A stretch of 63,956 bases of DNA, counting the filler, from Psammoneis japonica (lineage: Eukaryota), in assembly GCA_008632985.1 (NCBI GenBank). It is 3 parts of 3 records of this genome, joined end to end, with 100 filler letters (N's around TTAATTAATTAA, not from the genome) between each part and the next. Parts side by side here need not be neighbours in the genome. Positions count along the whole stretch, not along the records: positions 26,772 to 53,197 come from QPGO01000421.1; 2 more parts are not named here. One strand, given 5' to 3'. Made by a program: the position numbers and the translations under genes. A model generated the notes under the pieces. It was not told the origin of the DNA. It saw nothing but the letters and a program-made list of their open reading frames with translations, and ran no database searches. Shown in pieces: positions 37,431 to 51,071 of this stretch; the stretch's first letter is position 1, and every line of letters starts with the position of its first letter.

Positions 37431-40400
37431 TGAAGGTGCAATTTTAATGGGTGCTTGGACTGATCCTGTGATTGCAGTTGTGCTGGACATCAAGTCTCCT
37501 GTGTCTGTTGTGGTTCCCACAAGCAAGCCATCTGCAGTGGTTGCTGCCAGTTCTCTCTGGCATTGCCTGCTGAATTGGCAGAACTTCCCCACGACATCAA
37601 GGATGTTTTGCTTTGGCCCCCAAGTGCTTGTCATGGCAACTCTGTTGTTTTGTGCCATGGTGTTGTCATTCATAAGATGTGGAAATTATCCTCTCTTCCC
37701 AAGATTGAACCAATGCTGTCACTGACTCCTGCAATGCTGTCATTTGACTGCCGTCACCACATGGACAGTCACCCAGTTCCCTCGACTTCAGATTTTTGGC
37801 TCGGCCATTGTCAACTTTGGATCTGCACTGCTGCCAACACCCACATCATCTGAACAAGACCTGCAGCAGCAGGGCAACTGTGAAAGAGGGCCATCATGTT
37901 TCATTGCATGTAAATGAGTTGGTGTGGCGTGCAATTGATTGCAACAACACCCATGATGGGCACCCCTTTGCATGCCAATTCAGCTGGTCACTCACTGTGT
38001 GTCCATTTTCTTTCAACATGGACACAACTTGTGGTTCTGTTCCATCTTTTCATTTGAGTTTTCAGGTTGGATCAAGGTGCACTGCATCCACTGGTTTAAC
38101 TGGTGTGTTGTGTGTGTCATTTTTTGGCCCTTTCCGTCATGGTGACACTTGCGTCTTTTCCGTCATGGTGACACTCGCGTCTTGCAGTTTGCGCCGTTGC
38201 TTTCGAGCGATTGTTTTGCGAGACATGTCCAAGACTTGCCAAAATGTCTTTGACAAATGCCTTTGTTCATCGCAGGGCCACGTTCGTCATTGTCATCATC
38301 CGAAGACCGCATCGCCACCACCCCAAGCCTTTTGATGACTTTGACTGCGAACTGTGATCGACCGACTGATTTGCTTCCACCCTTTTTTTAAAGAACCTTT
38401 GTCATTGACAATGTTTTGTCAAAGAGCATCTGCTGCGGTTGCTGTTGAGCCTTCGCACCATCCGAAAGAGACTCGCGTGACACTCACGTGCATTGATTGG
38501 GATTTTTTCCTGACTTTGCTCCTCCGCCCCTCAAGGACACTGCAATGGTGACAAGTGTCCAATTGGCATCTGGCCCGATCAGTCCCAAAACTGTTGGCAT
38601 TCCCAATGTGATGCAGGTTTGGCTGCTTTTTGCATGCTGAAAGTGAGTTTGCCAAATCTTTCCCTGCTGGCAGATGAAGCAAAAACAAAGCTGGAGAGTG
38701 GGGTGAGCAACGCCATGATGGGGGCACTTGCAGAGACACTCACACAACTCAAGCGCTTGCAGTTGCAGGACTGAAAGACCCACTCCAGCCCGCCAATGTG
38801 GGCTCCATGTGATGTCATCCCACAGAATCATGTGCACAAGCTCTGCAGCTTGCAACCCAGTCAACGGATGCACTCATCTTTGATGTTTGAATGAACGACC
38901 AAGTTTGCAGCACATTTGTGCCTCTTGACAGTTGAAGTTTTGAGTGTCTGCCTGCTCTGTGCCACTCTGCCCACAGATGTTGAAGAGTGGCTTTGCACAC
39001 AAAAAATGTGTCAAAAGTTGTCAAGTGGATCAATCAACAACGGTGCTGCAAGGTGGCACAAAATTCCACCAAAGTTGAGCAGAGGTGCACGTGCATTGCA
39101 TGCATTGCATGGCAAAAAAATCAATGTCACAGATCAGCAGTGCAAGGTCCCACCCAGAGCTGGAGAATTCCAAAAACAAAGCCAAAAGATGGGAGGAGGT
39201 TGTTTTTGTAGAGCTGCTGTTGCTCAAGCAAGAAAGCTTGGATGATCAGTTGCAACTTGTTCTGATGGTTTTCGAGTGGACACTGCGCTGTTGTCAGAGT
39301 TCACAAAATGGGGCCGCCAGAGCTGAGCACTCAATCTGGGGGTTTGCCCATGTGTCACAAACTGTGCAGTGGGCCATGGGTTTGTGTGAGTGCACTTGTT
39401 GACATCATTTTTTCTCAAGATTTGGTGCAAAGTTGTGTGGAGCTCACAAACTCCCACAGTGATGGCAGAGCTCTGGAGCTCTTTCTGTGCACTGTGCAGA
39501 GCCTGCCATGGCAAGTGCCAGCAGCTTCATCTGAAATGGCAGGTTAAAATTTCACAGACATGCTGATTTCAATGAAAACCACTCTTGAAGTGAATGATGC
39601 ATGATGACATTGGCATGTCAGCAGTGCTGTCAAAGTGGAGGGAGCTTGTTTTGAGGCAGGAGGCAGGACAAAATTCTGCGAGACTCACAAACAGAGTGCT
39701 CAAAGCATGCTGGGGCAGAGTCACTGGAGTTTGCAAACAAAGAAGAGCAATTCTCCTTGCAACTTGAGGTGATGGAGAGTGGTGGTTGCTTTTGCTGGCA
39801 TCTTGTGGTGTGCCTGGCTGCTCAACCCCCACTTTCTTTTGGCTCAGCACTCAAGCGCTGGTGCAACAGCCTTGAGCCAGATGAGACAGATGTTTTGGCA
39901 AGCAAGGTTTGCCACTTTTTGCACCTGGTCAGAGTTGAGCTTGTTTTGTGTTGCTGGCAGCAGCAGTGGCAAGAAAAGTCCAAGACAATGGAGAGCTGGT
40001 GTTGCTCATCCAACTTGTGTGCCCACCTCTTTCTTCATTGGCCAATCATCTTCATCTCATGTGGCAAATTTTGGGAGGTGCCGCAGTGCTCTTTTTGCAC
40101 AGAAGAAAGCAAAAACAATGGACCTTGTGACGTGCTGCAACAAACCTCACCAGGTGTGGTTGTGGTGAAATCAGTCTCCATGACGACCCTGGCCTGAAGT
40201 GCATTGCATGCTGCCAGGCAAGCCATTTTGTGGATGTTTTCAAATGGGTGAATTCTGTCCCTGACAAAGGCAAGGCAGAATCTGTTTTGGGTGTTCTGTT
40301 TGCAACATCACATGGTGCAAGAGCGCAGAAATGGGCAAGCAGCGGATGACACACAAAAATGGAGTGCACCAAAAAAAAAGATCCAAACCTCAAGTGCTGT

Positions 40401-40479
40401 CACTCCTTTGCCAGCTAGGCCGGCATTGGCTGACCCACACTTCCAGCACACCATTGAGTGTGGCAGAAGCTGACGGGCA

Positions 40480-41200
40480 GTGACGCCCCACCAAAATGAC
40501 TGGCAACAGAGCGAGTGCCGCAAAGCACAGAGCACTTTGCTTTCTTGAGGCTTTCTTTTAACCGCCACATTTTCACCGTGGTGATCCAGCTCATGATCCG
40601 CAGGCAGAGTGGGGCATGTGATCCTCTGCTGAGTCCATGAGAGAGTGTCTCTGTGTTTGGCCCGGGTGCTCCTGTTTTTGTTGCATGTTGCCATGAGTTC
40701 AGCTTCAGCTTGTTTGTGCTGGGACAGTTTTCTTGCACCCGCATCATGACCGTGCATCGCTTGGTTGTGCCCTTCCATTGACTCCCACCAGGATTTCTGC
40801 ATGTGGGTGTCCATTTGAACAGCTCACACAGGAGAAGGGCGATTTTCCTTTCGACGCTTTTCCAGACGTCAAGTTTCACGAAAGTGCGCTTCTTAAAATC
40901 CACACAGCAGAAAAATGACCACTGAGCACTTGACGCCATCTCTCCACAGGGGACGAAGCATCACGGCAATGTCGGCATCACATGTCATCGCATCTTGAAA
41001 GCATCGCGCCAATGTTGTCGCAGCACTTGCGGAGCCATGCAGGAATCTGCAACACCAGGCATTGTCAGGACATTGCAGGATGTGACCCCGATCTTCCATG
41101 GGGTGCTCGCATGAGAGACAGTGATGAGGTCTCGCGGGATCATGCTGGCGGGCGATCTTGTTCGTGGGGCATGTTTCTTCAAGAAGCACATCTCACCAGA
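40480..41200 (-). mobile_element. 3' end of a LINE-type non-LTR retrotransposon, degenerate
   Basis: PTNKIARQHD...CLSC...EDRGHILQCP zinc knuckle, followed by WWESMEGHN..HG, typical of LINE ORF2 C-termini. Confidence 0.55.
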
Positions 41201-42029
41201 GCAGCGCGAACAGGGCCATCAGCGGCTTTGGCAGCGGGCAGAGTCCGGAGGCCACACTGGGGCACAAACACGCAAATTGCTGTGATCAATTTTCCCACCA
41301 GGCTGCAGAAAGAATGAGCGGGCGTCTTGACGCCAGTTTCCTGGCATTTTGCTGGCAAAACAGCCACGCAGGAATTGCGTGCAATTTCAAAAAAGAGATG
41401 AGGTTGAATCAAAAAATGAAACAGAGACGCACAAAAATGCAACACAACATGACAAGCAATGGTGGCGACACCACTCGGGGATGAAAAAAACAACGTCTGG
41501 CCAATTTTCAGGCACTCAGCAGCAAGAACACAACATGGCAAGTGCAGCTGATGCAGTGCTTGGCTCGCTGGAGTCCATCTGATGGCTCTGATCGGATCAC
41601 TTGAGAAGATGATGCTGCTGTCATCAACCAATGTCCTGCATTGTTGCTGCACGCAATTCATGCAGAAAATTGCAAAAAAAGCCAGCGACAACGACAAATC
41701 AACCACAAATGCACCCAGGGAAAAAACACATGTGTGCATGCAGCAGACACTTGCAACTCTCCATGCGACACGCATGGTGCGTTTCGTCATTTCTGTTTGG
41801 TCAATGGTGTCACCGGCGGCACGCCATTGTCAGCATCGAATGCCGTGCAAAAAGCACGGGGTCGACGGGAATGGACTCTTCTGTCGCACTTGTCTGTCTG
41901 TTGCCCGTTTGTCTCGTAGAAGGAATCTACGAGAAAGTTCCCACACTTTCAATGGTCTGTTCATGCACCCATTTGTTCCTGGTGACACCTGTTTGTTCTG
42001 CGCGCAGCAGGGCAGCAGCAAGCGTCATG

Positions 42030-44160
42030 GCCAGGCAGCGCTGCAGCACAACTTCGAAAAGTTTGTCGTGGACCGGATGCTGTTGCTTCTTTTTTGGGAT
42101 TTGGCAGAAGCTTGACTTGTTGTGGGCAGGCCAAACAGAGCAAATCTGTGAAAAACCGCCATGGTCAAATTTGTGGTCAATTTTCCCGCAGCAATCGTCA
42201 CGGCTCAAAGACAAAAACAACAAACTCCAAGACAGGTAAGAAGTGCTGCAGCACAACTTTGAAAAGTTGGTTGCATCTTTTTTGGGCATTCAGCAGAACT
42301 TTCCACCAACATCCTGACATGGGCAATCCTTCTTCATCCAGCCCAAGCTGAAAAACTCCAAGAACTTCGAAAAGACATCCCTGACATGGGCGAGAATGGT
42401 TGCAAACCCGAACCCGAAACTCCAAGAACTTCGAAAAGTTTGTCGTGGACGCATGCATCTTTTTTGGGATTTGGCTTTTCCACCAACATCCTGACATGGG
42501 CATGAATGACCTCATTGTCATTTTGCAATGAAAACCAATTGCCCCAACCCGAAAAATGGCCAGCTGCTAAGAGGTTGTGTGTCGTCATTGCTCATGTGAT
42601 GGCCATTGTTGTCTTGCGTTGCCCAAAGGGTTAAAAAAGAGAAGAAAAACTGTGAGGTCATCTGGACTCAAATCCATTTATTGGCCACAAGGTTGCCATT
42701 TTTACAAGCACAGTCCTGGGCATGTCAGAGTCACTGAATGCAACGCAAAAATGACTCGCGAGGTGCAACTTTCTGTTCATGATCCCGAGGTGTCAACATT
42801 TTTGTCTTGCGTTTCCCAAAGTTTTAAAAAAGAGAAAACTGTGAGATCATCTGGGTTCAAATCTGATTGGCCGCAACGTTACCATTTTTTACAAGTGCAG
42901 TCGTGGATGACATGTCAGAGTCACGGATTGAATGCAATGCAAAAATGACTCGCGAGGAGTAACTTTCTGTCAGAGATCCACCAGATCTCGCCCCAGCCAC
43001 TGCGTCTTGAGCGGGCTGTTGGCCGACATCAAAACAAACAACAGTCGTTTGGAGGACAAAAAAATGCACCAGCTGTTGCTCAACGAACAGTGGAACCCTG
43101 TTGAGGTGCGCGCACCGGATATGTTTTTTTTTACTGTGAAATTGCTGTGATCAATTTTCCCATCAGGGCAGCAAGGCCTAGACCATCAATGAAAACAGCA
43201 AACAACTCCCTTGTGTTTTGACGCGAGACAGTGAAGGCAGCGCTGCACAACTTCGAAAAGTTTGTCGTGGACGCGGTTGCATCTTTTTTTTGGGATTTAG
43301 CAGAACTTTCTACCAATGTCCTACGGCTGAATGACCTCTTCATCATTTTGCAACACAAACCAACGGCCCCAACCCGAAAAATGGCCAACTGCAGTCTGCT
43401 GAGGGGTTGTGGCTGTTGCTGAAGGGGTTGTGTGGCCATAGCTAAGGTGTCATGGCTGTTTTTGTCTTGCGTTGCCCAAAGTGTTAAAAAAGAGAAGACT
43501 ATGAGATTATCTGGATTCAAATCCGATTGGCCGCAAGGTACAATTTTTATAAGTAAAGTCGTGGACGATATGTCAGAGCCACAGATTGAATGCAATGCAA
43601 AAATGATTATTTTGGGATTGAGTAGAATTTTTTATCGAGGTACTGACATGGGGCATGAGACCTCATCATCATTTAGCAATAAAAACCAATGACCCTAACC
43701 CGGAATGGCCAGCTGCAGTGTCTGCTGAGGGATTGTGGCTGTTTCTGAAGGGGCTGTGGCCATTGCTGCCATGGCTACTTTGTCTTGCGTTGCCCTAAGT
43801 GTTAAAAGAATTTTAAAAAGAAGACTGCGAGATTATCTGAATTAAAGTCTGATTGGCCTCAAGGTCACCATTTTTATAAATACTTTGTTGGATGACATGT
43901 CAGAGCTACGGATTGAATGCAACGCAAAAATAACAGTTTTGCAATGAAAACCTACGGATTGAATGCAACGCAAAAATAACAGTTTTGCAATGAAAACCAA
44001 CGACCCTATGCCAAAAGGGTCATGGCTAGTCTATTGAGGAGTCCTGATTAATGAAGGGGCCATAGTTGTTTCTGAGGTTTTATGAAAAAAGGAAAACTAC
44101 GAGACTATGTAAAGAGGTTGTGTTCAAATCTGATTGACCACTAGGTTGCCCTCAAGAAAA
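42030..44160. repeat. Complex array of two interleaved repeat units
   Basis: Unit 1 CACAACTTCGAAAAGTTTGTCGTGGAC...TTTTTGGGATTT at about 42045, 42250, 42425, 43245. Unit 2 TGTCTTGCGTT(G/T)CCC...ATTGAATGCAA(T/C)GCAAAAAT at about 42610, 42803, 43462, 43781. Confidence 0.75.
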
Positions 44161-45121
44161 AATAACAGAGAAAAAGGAGATTGAAGAATAAAATGATTTT
44201 AAAGAAATTAGCACTGAAACTGATGGCATGGCTAGCAAAGACTCTCCAGAAACAACACATTGATCAGGAAAGCACCCAAAAAAGGTGAATTGATAAGCCA
44301 GATCAACCTTGAATGGAATTATTAATAGCATTCATATCAAAAGATTCCTAGATAACTGTAACCAGGCTTGTGGAGATTCTTAGCTGGTATGCTTTGGTTG
44401 CTGGATTCTTGTGGATTGACCTTAAGATGAGCAATTGTTTCCTGAGTTTACGCATGTGTGTGTAAGAGGATAAGAAAAAAAGGCAAAGGTGAAGAATACG
44501 CTTGGATTGGTGTAGATTTTAGTAAGATGAGTGTCAAAATTATTCTCTTGTAAATAAAGGAGTTGTGACCTCGTTAAGTTCTAGGTTCGAATTCGGTTTT
44601 CAGAAATTCAGTTGTTATCCAAGAACATGCAAATAATGGAAATCACGTTGTGTGTTGGCACATTTTCGCAAATACTCTGGCATTAGGGATTAGTGTATAA
44701 GATCTATGCGCCGAATTTGAGAAGAATGTGACAAAGTTTGGAAGAAATTAGTAGCTGCTAGATGCCTTATAACGCTTGACAAAATTAGAACATGTGCACG
44801 TTAAAAAGAGTCTTTCAATAGATTTTGCTGCAGAAGTGTATATTTTTGAATACATAATTTCGATCTGCACTGGTGCAGTCGATCGTTCACAAAACCAAAA
44901 GGCACATACACACCATAAGCTGGTAGAGAGGAAACTTCATGAGACTTTTGGCAAAGCATGTGGCTGTTAGTTAAGTGTTGCTCAGTGTCAGATTTTCAAT
45001 GCATGTTACGACCTAAGTGGCAAAAATACGAGCTGTAGAAAGATAAAGGATGTGTGTTTTCACTTTATTTCGTTTATTTATGCTATTCTTGTTGTTTTAA
45101 GCATCAGCCCGTGACCTGTTT

Positions 45122-45571
45122 AGTATCCAATTGAAAATACTACATGAGTTTATGGTCCATCTTAGGTCAATAAGCTCATATTTTTCAATAGTCTGTAGAT
45201 ACTGTAGTTAAGACGAAATAGCCGTTAAGTATCCAATTGAAAATACTACATGAGTTTATGGTCCATCTTAGGTCAAATAAGCTCATATTTTTCAATAGTC
45301 TGTAGATACAGTAGTTAAGACGAAATAGCTGTTAGTGATGTAGACCGTATGCTCTTGTACATTTTGTACATGGGTTTTGTTTGTTTTTTTTCAATGATTT
45401 GTACAATGCACCTAACAATTGAATTATTGATGTTGTTTATGGTCCATCTTAGGTCAATAAGCTCATATTTCATAATATTTTTAATAGTCTGTAGATACAG
45501 TAGTTAAGACGAAATAGCTGTTAGTGATGTAGACCGTATGCTCTTGTACATTTTGTACAAGGGTTTTGTTT
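45122..45571. repeat. AT-rich tandem repeat, about 106-bp unit (two full copies plus a partial third)
   Basis: AGTATCCAATTGAAAATACTACATGAGTTTATGGTCCATCTTAGGTCAA... at 45122 and 45228; GTTTATGGTCCATCTTAGG... again at about 45435. Confidence 0.85.
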
Positions 45572-46770
45572 GGTTTTCGTAGGACAATGCCAAACTAAAC
45601 CATAGTTTATCTCGCCATGGAGTCTGAGATTGACAACTTCTTTCAACTTTACGACTGTACCGTAGAAGTAACACCAATCAATCATATGAAGTAGATACCC
45701 TATAATATATTTCTGGAAGGAATTGGTGATGTATGCTGTAGTCCTTCTGGTTGGTGATTGTAGACTTTTTCGTGTCGGTCGGTTTGTCGGTCGCCATTTG
45801 AAAGTGTGTCCCCTGTATTTTTGAACAGGGTGGGTTGTTCAGTCCAAATCAATTAAAATTGAAAGAATGATCATTACGTGGAACTATTTTTCAGAAAAGA
45901 GTGAAATTGTTGTGAAATTGGGATTGCCGGCGTGTTAGGAGAAATATTTGGCTTTTCCGGGCTGTTAATAAAGATAATTGACTGTAAATCGTACACGAAA
46001 CCCCGCAGTAGAAAATTTGTGCAATAAGTGAGTTGTTTGTGCGATGCGCTATTTTGGCGGTAAAATGGGAAAAAAAGAGTTTCCGTGCACCTTTTTACAG
46101 CCCCATGCTGTACCGGTAGTCTAGCTTATCTGTGACAGACTTTTTGCACTCAAATAATTATGTCGGTCTTGATGCACCATAGAAAGTTGACGAATAAGGC
46201 CACTAAAATATATCTTATGGCACAGAAAAACCAAATTGACACATTTAGATATGACGCACTTTCAATGCCCGAGGAGTGTGCAAAAACTTTCCACAACCAC
46301 ATTTAAATCACCACATAAGCCCGTTTTATTTACACTGAACAAAAAAGAATAGCACCCACAGACTAAGAAAATTATGGCGGTTCTAATGGTGTTGCTTTTG
46401 TTGTCATAAGGTAGACATTCGATGCCGTCATGGGCCATCATCGTCATTCTCCGTGCTGGTTAGTCGTGTGAGGTATTATTTAGCTTCTTAACCTCGCAGG
46501 TTAGGTCACCAAAACGCAAAACGAGAAAAAGAGATGAGGCTGGCTCTTGTTCGTTTTCTTCTTCGCTTTGCTTGAGGATCAGCCTGTGGCACCAACAGTT
46601 GCGAATTCGACATGTAGAGTGAGTTCAGCCTTGGCCTGACGTCTCATGGACGATTCTTGAATAGCGACATCTTGGACATGATTGGCACTCCAAGTGCTAC
46701 ATGCATAGTTGCCAATTTGGATTGTGCAGTCAGGATTTTGACGATTCTCCATTTTAAGTCATACATCATT

Positions 46771-49097
46771 ATTTTCATTGTGTCATGAAGCAACAAATTC
46801 ATGCTTGTTAAATCTTCGTTCCAGAAAACGGATCGTTTTCCTCACCATGCAGCATGTCAATCAGCTTTCCACTCAGTAGATGTTTCTACTTATGCACACT
46901 AATTCTCACATTTAAGGCGCACACTAATTCTCAGTGTTTTTGAACATGAACCCAGAGGTCTTCTTTTTTGTCCCATCTCAGGTCATTTGTTATTTTGTTG
47001 TGTCATGAATGACAGGAACTCTGAAGAATCCATTGCAATCTTGCATTGGGAGAACCGGCATTCACTGTGCTAAAAAATTCTTTTTTGAATTTCTTGGCTC
47101 AATGAGCGAGGCTGGCCTGTCCAATGCAGGCTGGCCGACCTTCTCTCCGACAACCCCCCCCCCCCCCCCAACGCATCCGGACGCAGGAGGGACCGCGCAC
47201 GAGGTTGTGCGCGCGCGAGATGGCACACACAATCTCGACACGTAAAAAACATCTGCGCGTCAAACGTGGTGAACACGATTTTCGGAGACATGCCAAACTT
47301 GCGCTGCAATCCCTCAAGATTTTCTCTTCGCCTTTTGGTCATCGCGCGCGCAAGAGCCATTTCGCGCGATGAGAATGCGCGTGAGTGCGCCGCAATGAAG
47401 TGTGCGTAGATTGCACGTGGCGAGCATTGTGGGAGGCGGGGACTTGCTTCCGTTTTCCACCGCAAAAGCGCGTTCACGACAACCTCCCCGAACCCGGCTG
47501 CGTGCGACGCTGCGCGCAAAAAGCAAGAGAAAAATCTGCTTTTCACACGTGGTGAGTGCAAATTTCTTGGTCTGGCTGTTCTCGTTGTCGACCTCCACTG
47601 ACTGCCCAAGCAAATGTCTCTCTTCGCCTTTTGGCTTTGACAATGTGCTGCACAGAGTCATTTCGCGCGGTTTTCGCGCGCACGTTCCCACACAAAGTCA
47701 GTGATGCGCGTCTTTTTGCGCGCAGTGCCATGTGTGTGTGAGCGCGCGACTTTTTGCTCGCAGTGCTGTGGGTGCCGATGCCGTTTGGCTTCTTCGGCTG
47801 GAAACAATCTTCAACACATTTGAGAACCTCTGGTGGTTTGTTTTCGAGATCCTGCTGCATCGAACTCATGCCGTCGTTCTGGAACTTGGGCAAGGTTGTT
47901 CCTTGATCTGGCAAAGAAGCTGCCTTGTTGGTTGTCATTTTCATTGTGCCACGAAGCAACAAATTCATGTTTGTTGAATCTTCGTTCCAGAAAACGGATC
48001 GTTTTCCTCACCATGCAGCATGTCAATCAGCTTTCCACTCAGCAGATGTTTCTGCTTGTGCGCACCAATTCTCACATTTGGGGCGCACACTGATTCTCAG
48101 TGTTTTTGAACATGAACCCAGAGGTCTTCTTTTTTGTCCCATCTCAGGTCATTTGTCATTTTGTTGTGTCATGAATGACAGGAACTCTGAAGAATCCACT
48201 GCAATCTTGCATTGGGAGAACCAGCATTCACTGTGCTAAAAAATTCTTTTTTGAATTTCTTGGCTCAATGAGCCAGGCTGGCCTGTCCAGTGCAGGCTGG
48301 CCGACCTTCTCTCCGACAACCCCCCCCCCCCCAACGCATCCGGATGCAGGAGGGACCGCGCATGAGGTTGTGCGTGCGCGAGATGGCACACACAATCTCA
48401 ACACGTAAAAAACATCTGCGCATCAAACGTGGTGAACACGATTTTCGGAGACATGCCAAACTTGCGCTGCAATCTCTCAAGATTTTCTCTTCGCCTTTTG
48501 GTCATCGCGCGCGCAAGAGCCATTTCGCGCGATGAGAATGCGCGTGAGTGCGCCGCAATGAAGTGTGCGTAGATTGCACGTGGCGAGCATTGTGGGAGGC
48601 GGGGACTTGCTTCCGTTTTCCACCGCAAAAGCGCGTTCACGACAACCTCCCCGAACCCGGCTGCGTGCGACGCTGCGCGCAAAAAGCAAGAGAAAAATCT
48701 GCTTTTCACACGTGGTGAGTGCAAATTTCTTGGTCTGGCTGTTCTCGTTGTCGACCTCCACTGACTGCCCAAGCAAATGTCTCTCTTCGCCTTTTGGCTT
48801 TGACAATGTGCTGCACAGAGTCATTTCGCGCGGTTTTCGCGCGCACGTTCCCACACAAAGTCAGTGATGCGCGTCTTTTTGCGCGCAGTGCCATGTGTGT
48901 GTGAGCGCGCGACTTTTTGCTCGCAGTGCTGTGGGTGCCGATGCCGTTTGGCTTCTTCGGCTGGAAACAATCTTCAACACATTTGAGAACCTCTGGTGGT
49001 TTGTTTTCGAGATCCTGCTGCATCGAACTCATGCCGTCGTTCTGGAACTTGGGCAAGGTTGTTCCTTGATCTGGCAAAGAAGCTGCCTTGTTGGTTG
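46771..49097. repeat. Head-to-tail tandem duplication of a 1166-bp unit (46771-47936 and 47937-49097)
   Basis: Near-identical sequence and duplicated ORFs at offsets 1166/1163 (e.g. 47009 vs 48175; 47402 vs 48565). Confidence 0.95.
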
Positions 49098-49743
49098 CTT
49101 CGGAAGGAGAGAGAGGCATGATTTGAGAGTCAGTCGTGAGAAATGAAAGTGAAACGAGAATTGGTGATGCTTTTCCACCTGCCACACGGTCGCATGTGTT
49201 TTGTGTGCCGGTGCACAGTGCGGCAGACAGGCAGGCCCTGCAGTGCTTCTAAATGATGCTGTGGAACCATCGTTCGCTTCTACGTGCGTGAACCCTGCAC
49301 AAAATAAATGCTGGGACCTGCATGATGCGGTCGAACTGTGCAGAGGATTCACGTGATTTTCTAAAGCGTGGAATTGGAATTCTTGCGAATCAATCGAGAA
49401 CGACACAGAGGCCCCACTTTTAACAAAGTGTTGACCGCCATTGGTGGTCACTTGTCAAACCACTTTTTGAAAACGGGCGTTTCCCTTGAGCTTGCTCAAA
49501 ATTCGCCACGCATGGTCATGGCATTTTGCTGGCCACCATGACTCGTGCACCCCCTTTCCTCCCTCCCCTCCCCCCCTTCAAACCGCCCACCCACTCACAT
49601 CCGGGCGCGAGGTGGGAGGAGCAACTCGAACCCAGTTGGTGGTCTGTTGGCTGGGACGACATGGACTGGGCGTGTCAAAGAGGGACTCACTGTTCCGTTG
49701 CCTTCCGCCAACCTCTTTCTTCGAAAGTGGACATTTCATCCAA

Positions 49744-50465
49744 CACCAGTCCTCCCACGTCACCTGATGTCTGGACTCTCCCTGACGGCAATCCCATGGA
49801 ACCAAGTCAAGATTCAGGGGGGGAGATCAGGGGAGGGCAGAGGAAATCCATTGAAGCCATTGAGTTGGCATCCCGAGGAATCAGGATTTGCTGTGCTGTC
49901 TCCACCCACATCTCTCCGTCTCCTTGACACCAGACGCAAGATTTTTGAAGTCAATGTCATCAAATTTTCGTCCGATGAACGTTGTCCACAGAGTTTGACA
50001 CTGGGCCTGTGTCTCCTGCACAGTGACCAAGATCTCGTCCAGACCAATGCCCAGGCCGTGCCCCCTCGAGGTCAATCTGGCACTCGGCGATGCTCTGCAC
50101 CACCACACCAGTCCTCCGACATCACCTGATGTCATCTCCCTGACGGCAATCCATGGAACCACGTCAAGATCATGGGGAAGGGATCAAGATCAGGGGAGGG
50201 CAGGAAACCCATTGAAACCATTTGAATTGGCATCCCGAGGAGTCCATCCGCATCTCTTCGTCCATCCCTTCTCATGGACATCTGTCTCCCAATGTCACGT
50301 TTGACACCAGACGCGAGATTTTTAAAGTCAATGTCATCAAATTTTCGTCCGATGAACGTTGTGCACAGTTTGACACTGGGCCTGTGTCTCCTGCACCTTG
50401 ACCAAGATCTCGTCCGCCACTGCCAGGTGGTGCCCCCTCGAGGTCAATCCGGCACTCGGCGGTGC
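49744..50465. repeat. About 365-375-bp tandem duplication, TpA-depleted
   Basis: CACCAGTCCTCC...CACCTGATGTC...CTCCCTGACGGCAATCC at 49744 and about 50107; TTGACACCAGACGC.AGATTTTT...GGCACTCGGCG at 49924 and 50301. Confidence 0.85.
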
Positions 50466-51071
50466 TGCTGTTCCCCATGGCTCAGGCTGTCTATGCATCC
50501 CCAGCAGAGAAACCAAGGAGGGGCATGTTGCCATCCGTGCACATGCCACCATCCCAGGCTCCAATTGATTGACTCAGGTGGACGAACGGGCTTTTCACAG
50601 CCAATGGTGGACGCAAGCGAGATTTCACGGTACCTAGATTTTTTACTGAAATTTCATGATTAAGGAACCTGCAAGCATGTTGCGAAACATCGGCTACGCA
50701 CTGCTCAAGACGTTATCATCCATGGTCAGCTTTATCCTGGTTGCTCCGTGTTTTATCCCGCCATTTTCACTTCCTTGCCTTCTTTCAAAATGTAAACATC
50801 GTTGCCTTCTTTCAAAATGTCAACAAAAACCGCTTCTTGGGCGACAAAGAATTTTCAGAAACCATCGCCACTAGTTTATCAGGGAAAGAAGACGCAAGAT
50901 CTTAAACTAGTTCTTGTAAATATTTAGTGGACTGGCTTTTCAGCTTTTAGGTGTGAACCCCACCTTCGGCTGCAATCTTTTAAATCATTTGTGCCAATTG
51001 CTCAGATAGAAACATGCAATCTTTTCTGCCTTATTCAACATGAATTTTGTGAATTGAGTCTGCCACCGAAT

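Noticed and set aside
37430..40400. Specific transposase assignment for this TA-depleted block
   Set aside because: No motif could be recognised with enough confidence by eye.
42030..45571. CRISPR-like array
   Set aside because: The repeat units are long, degenerate and irregular, without unique equal-length spacers or cas genes, in a eukaryotic context.
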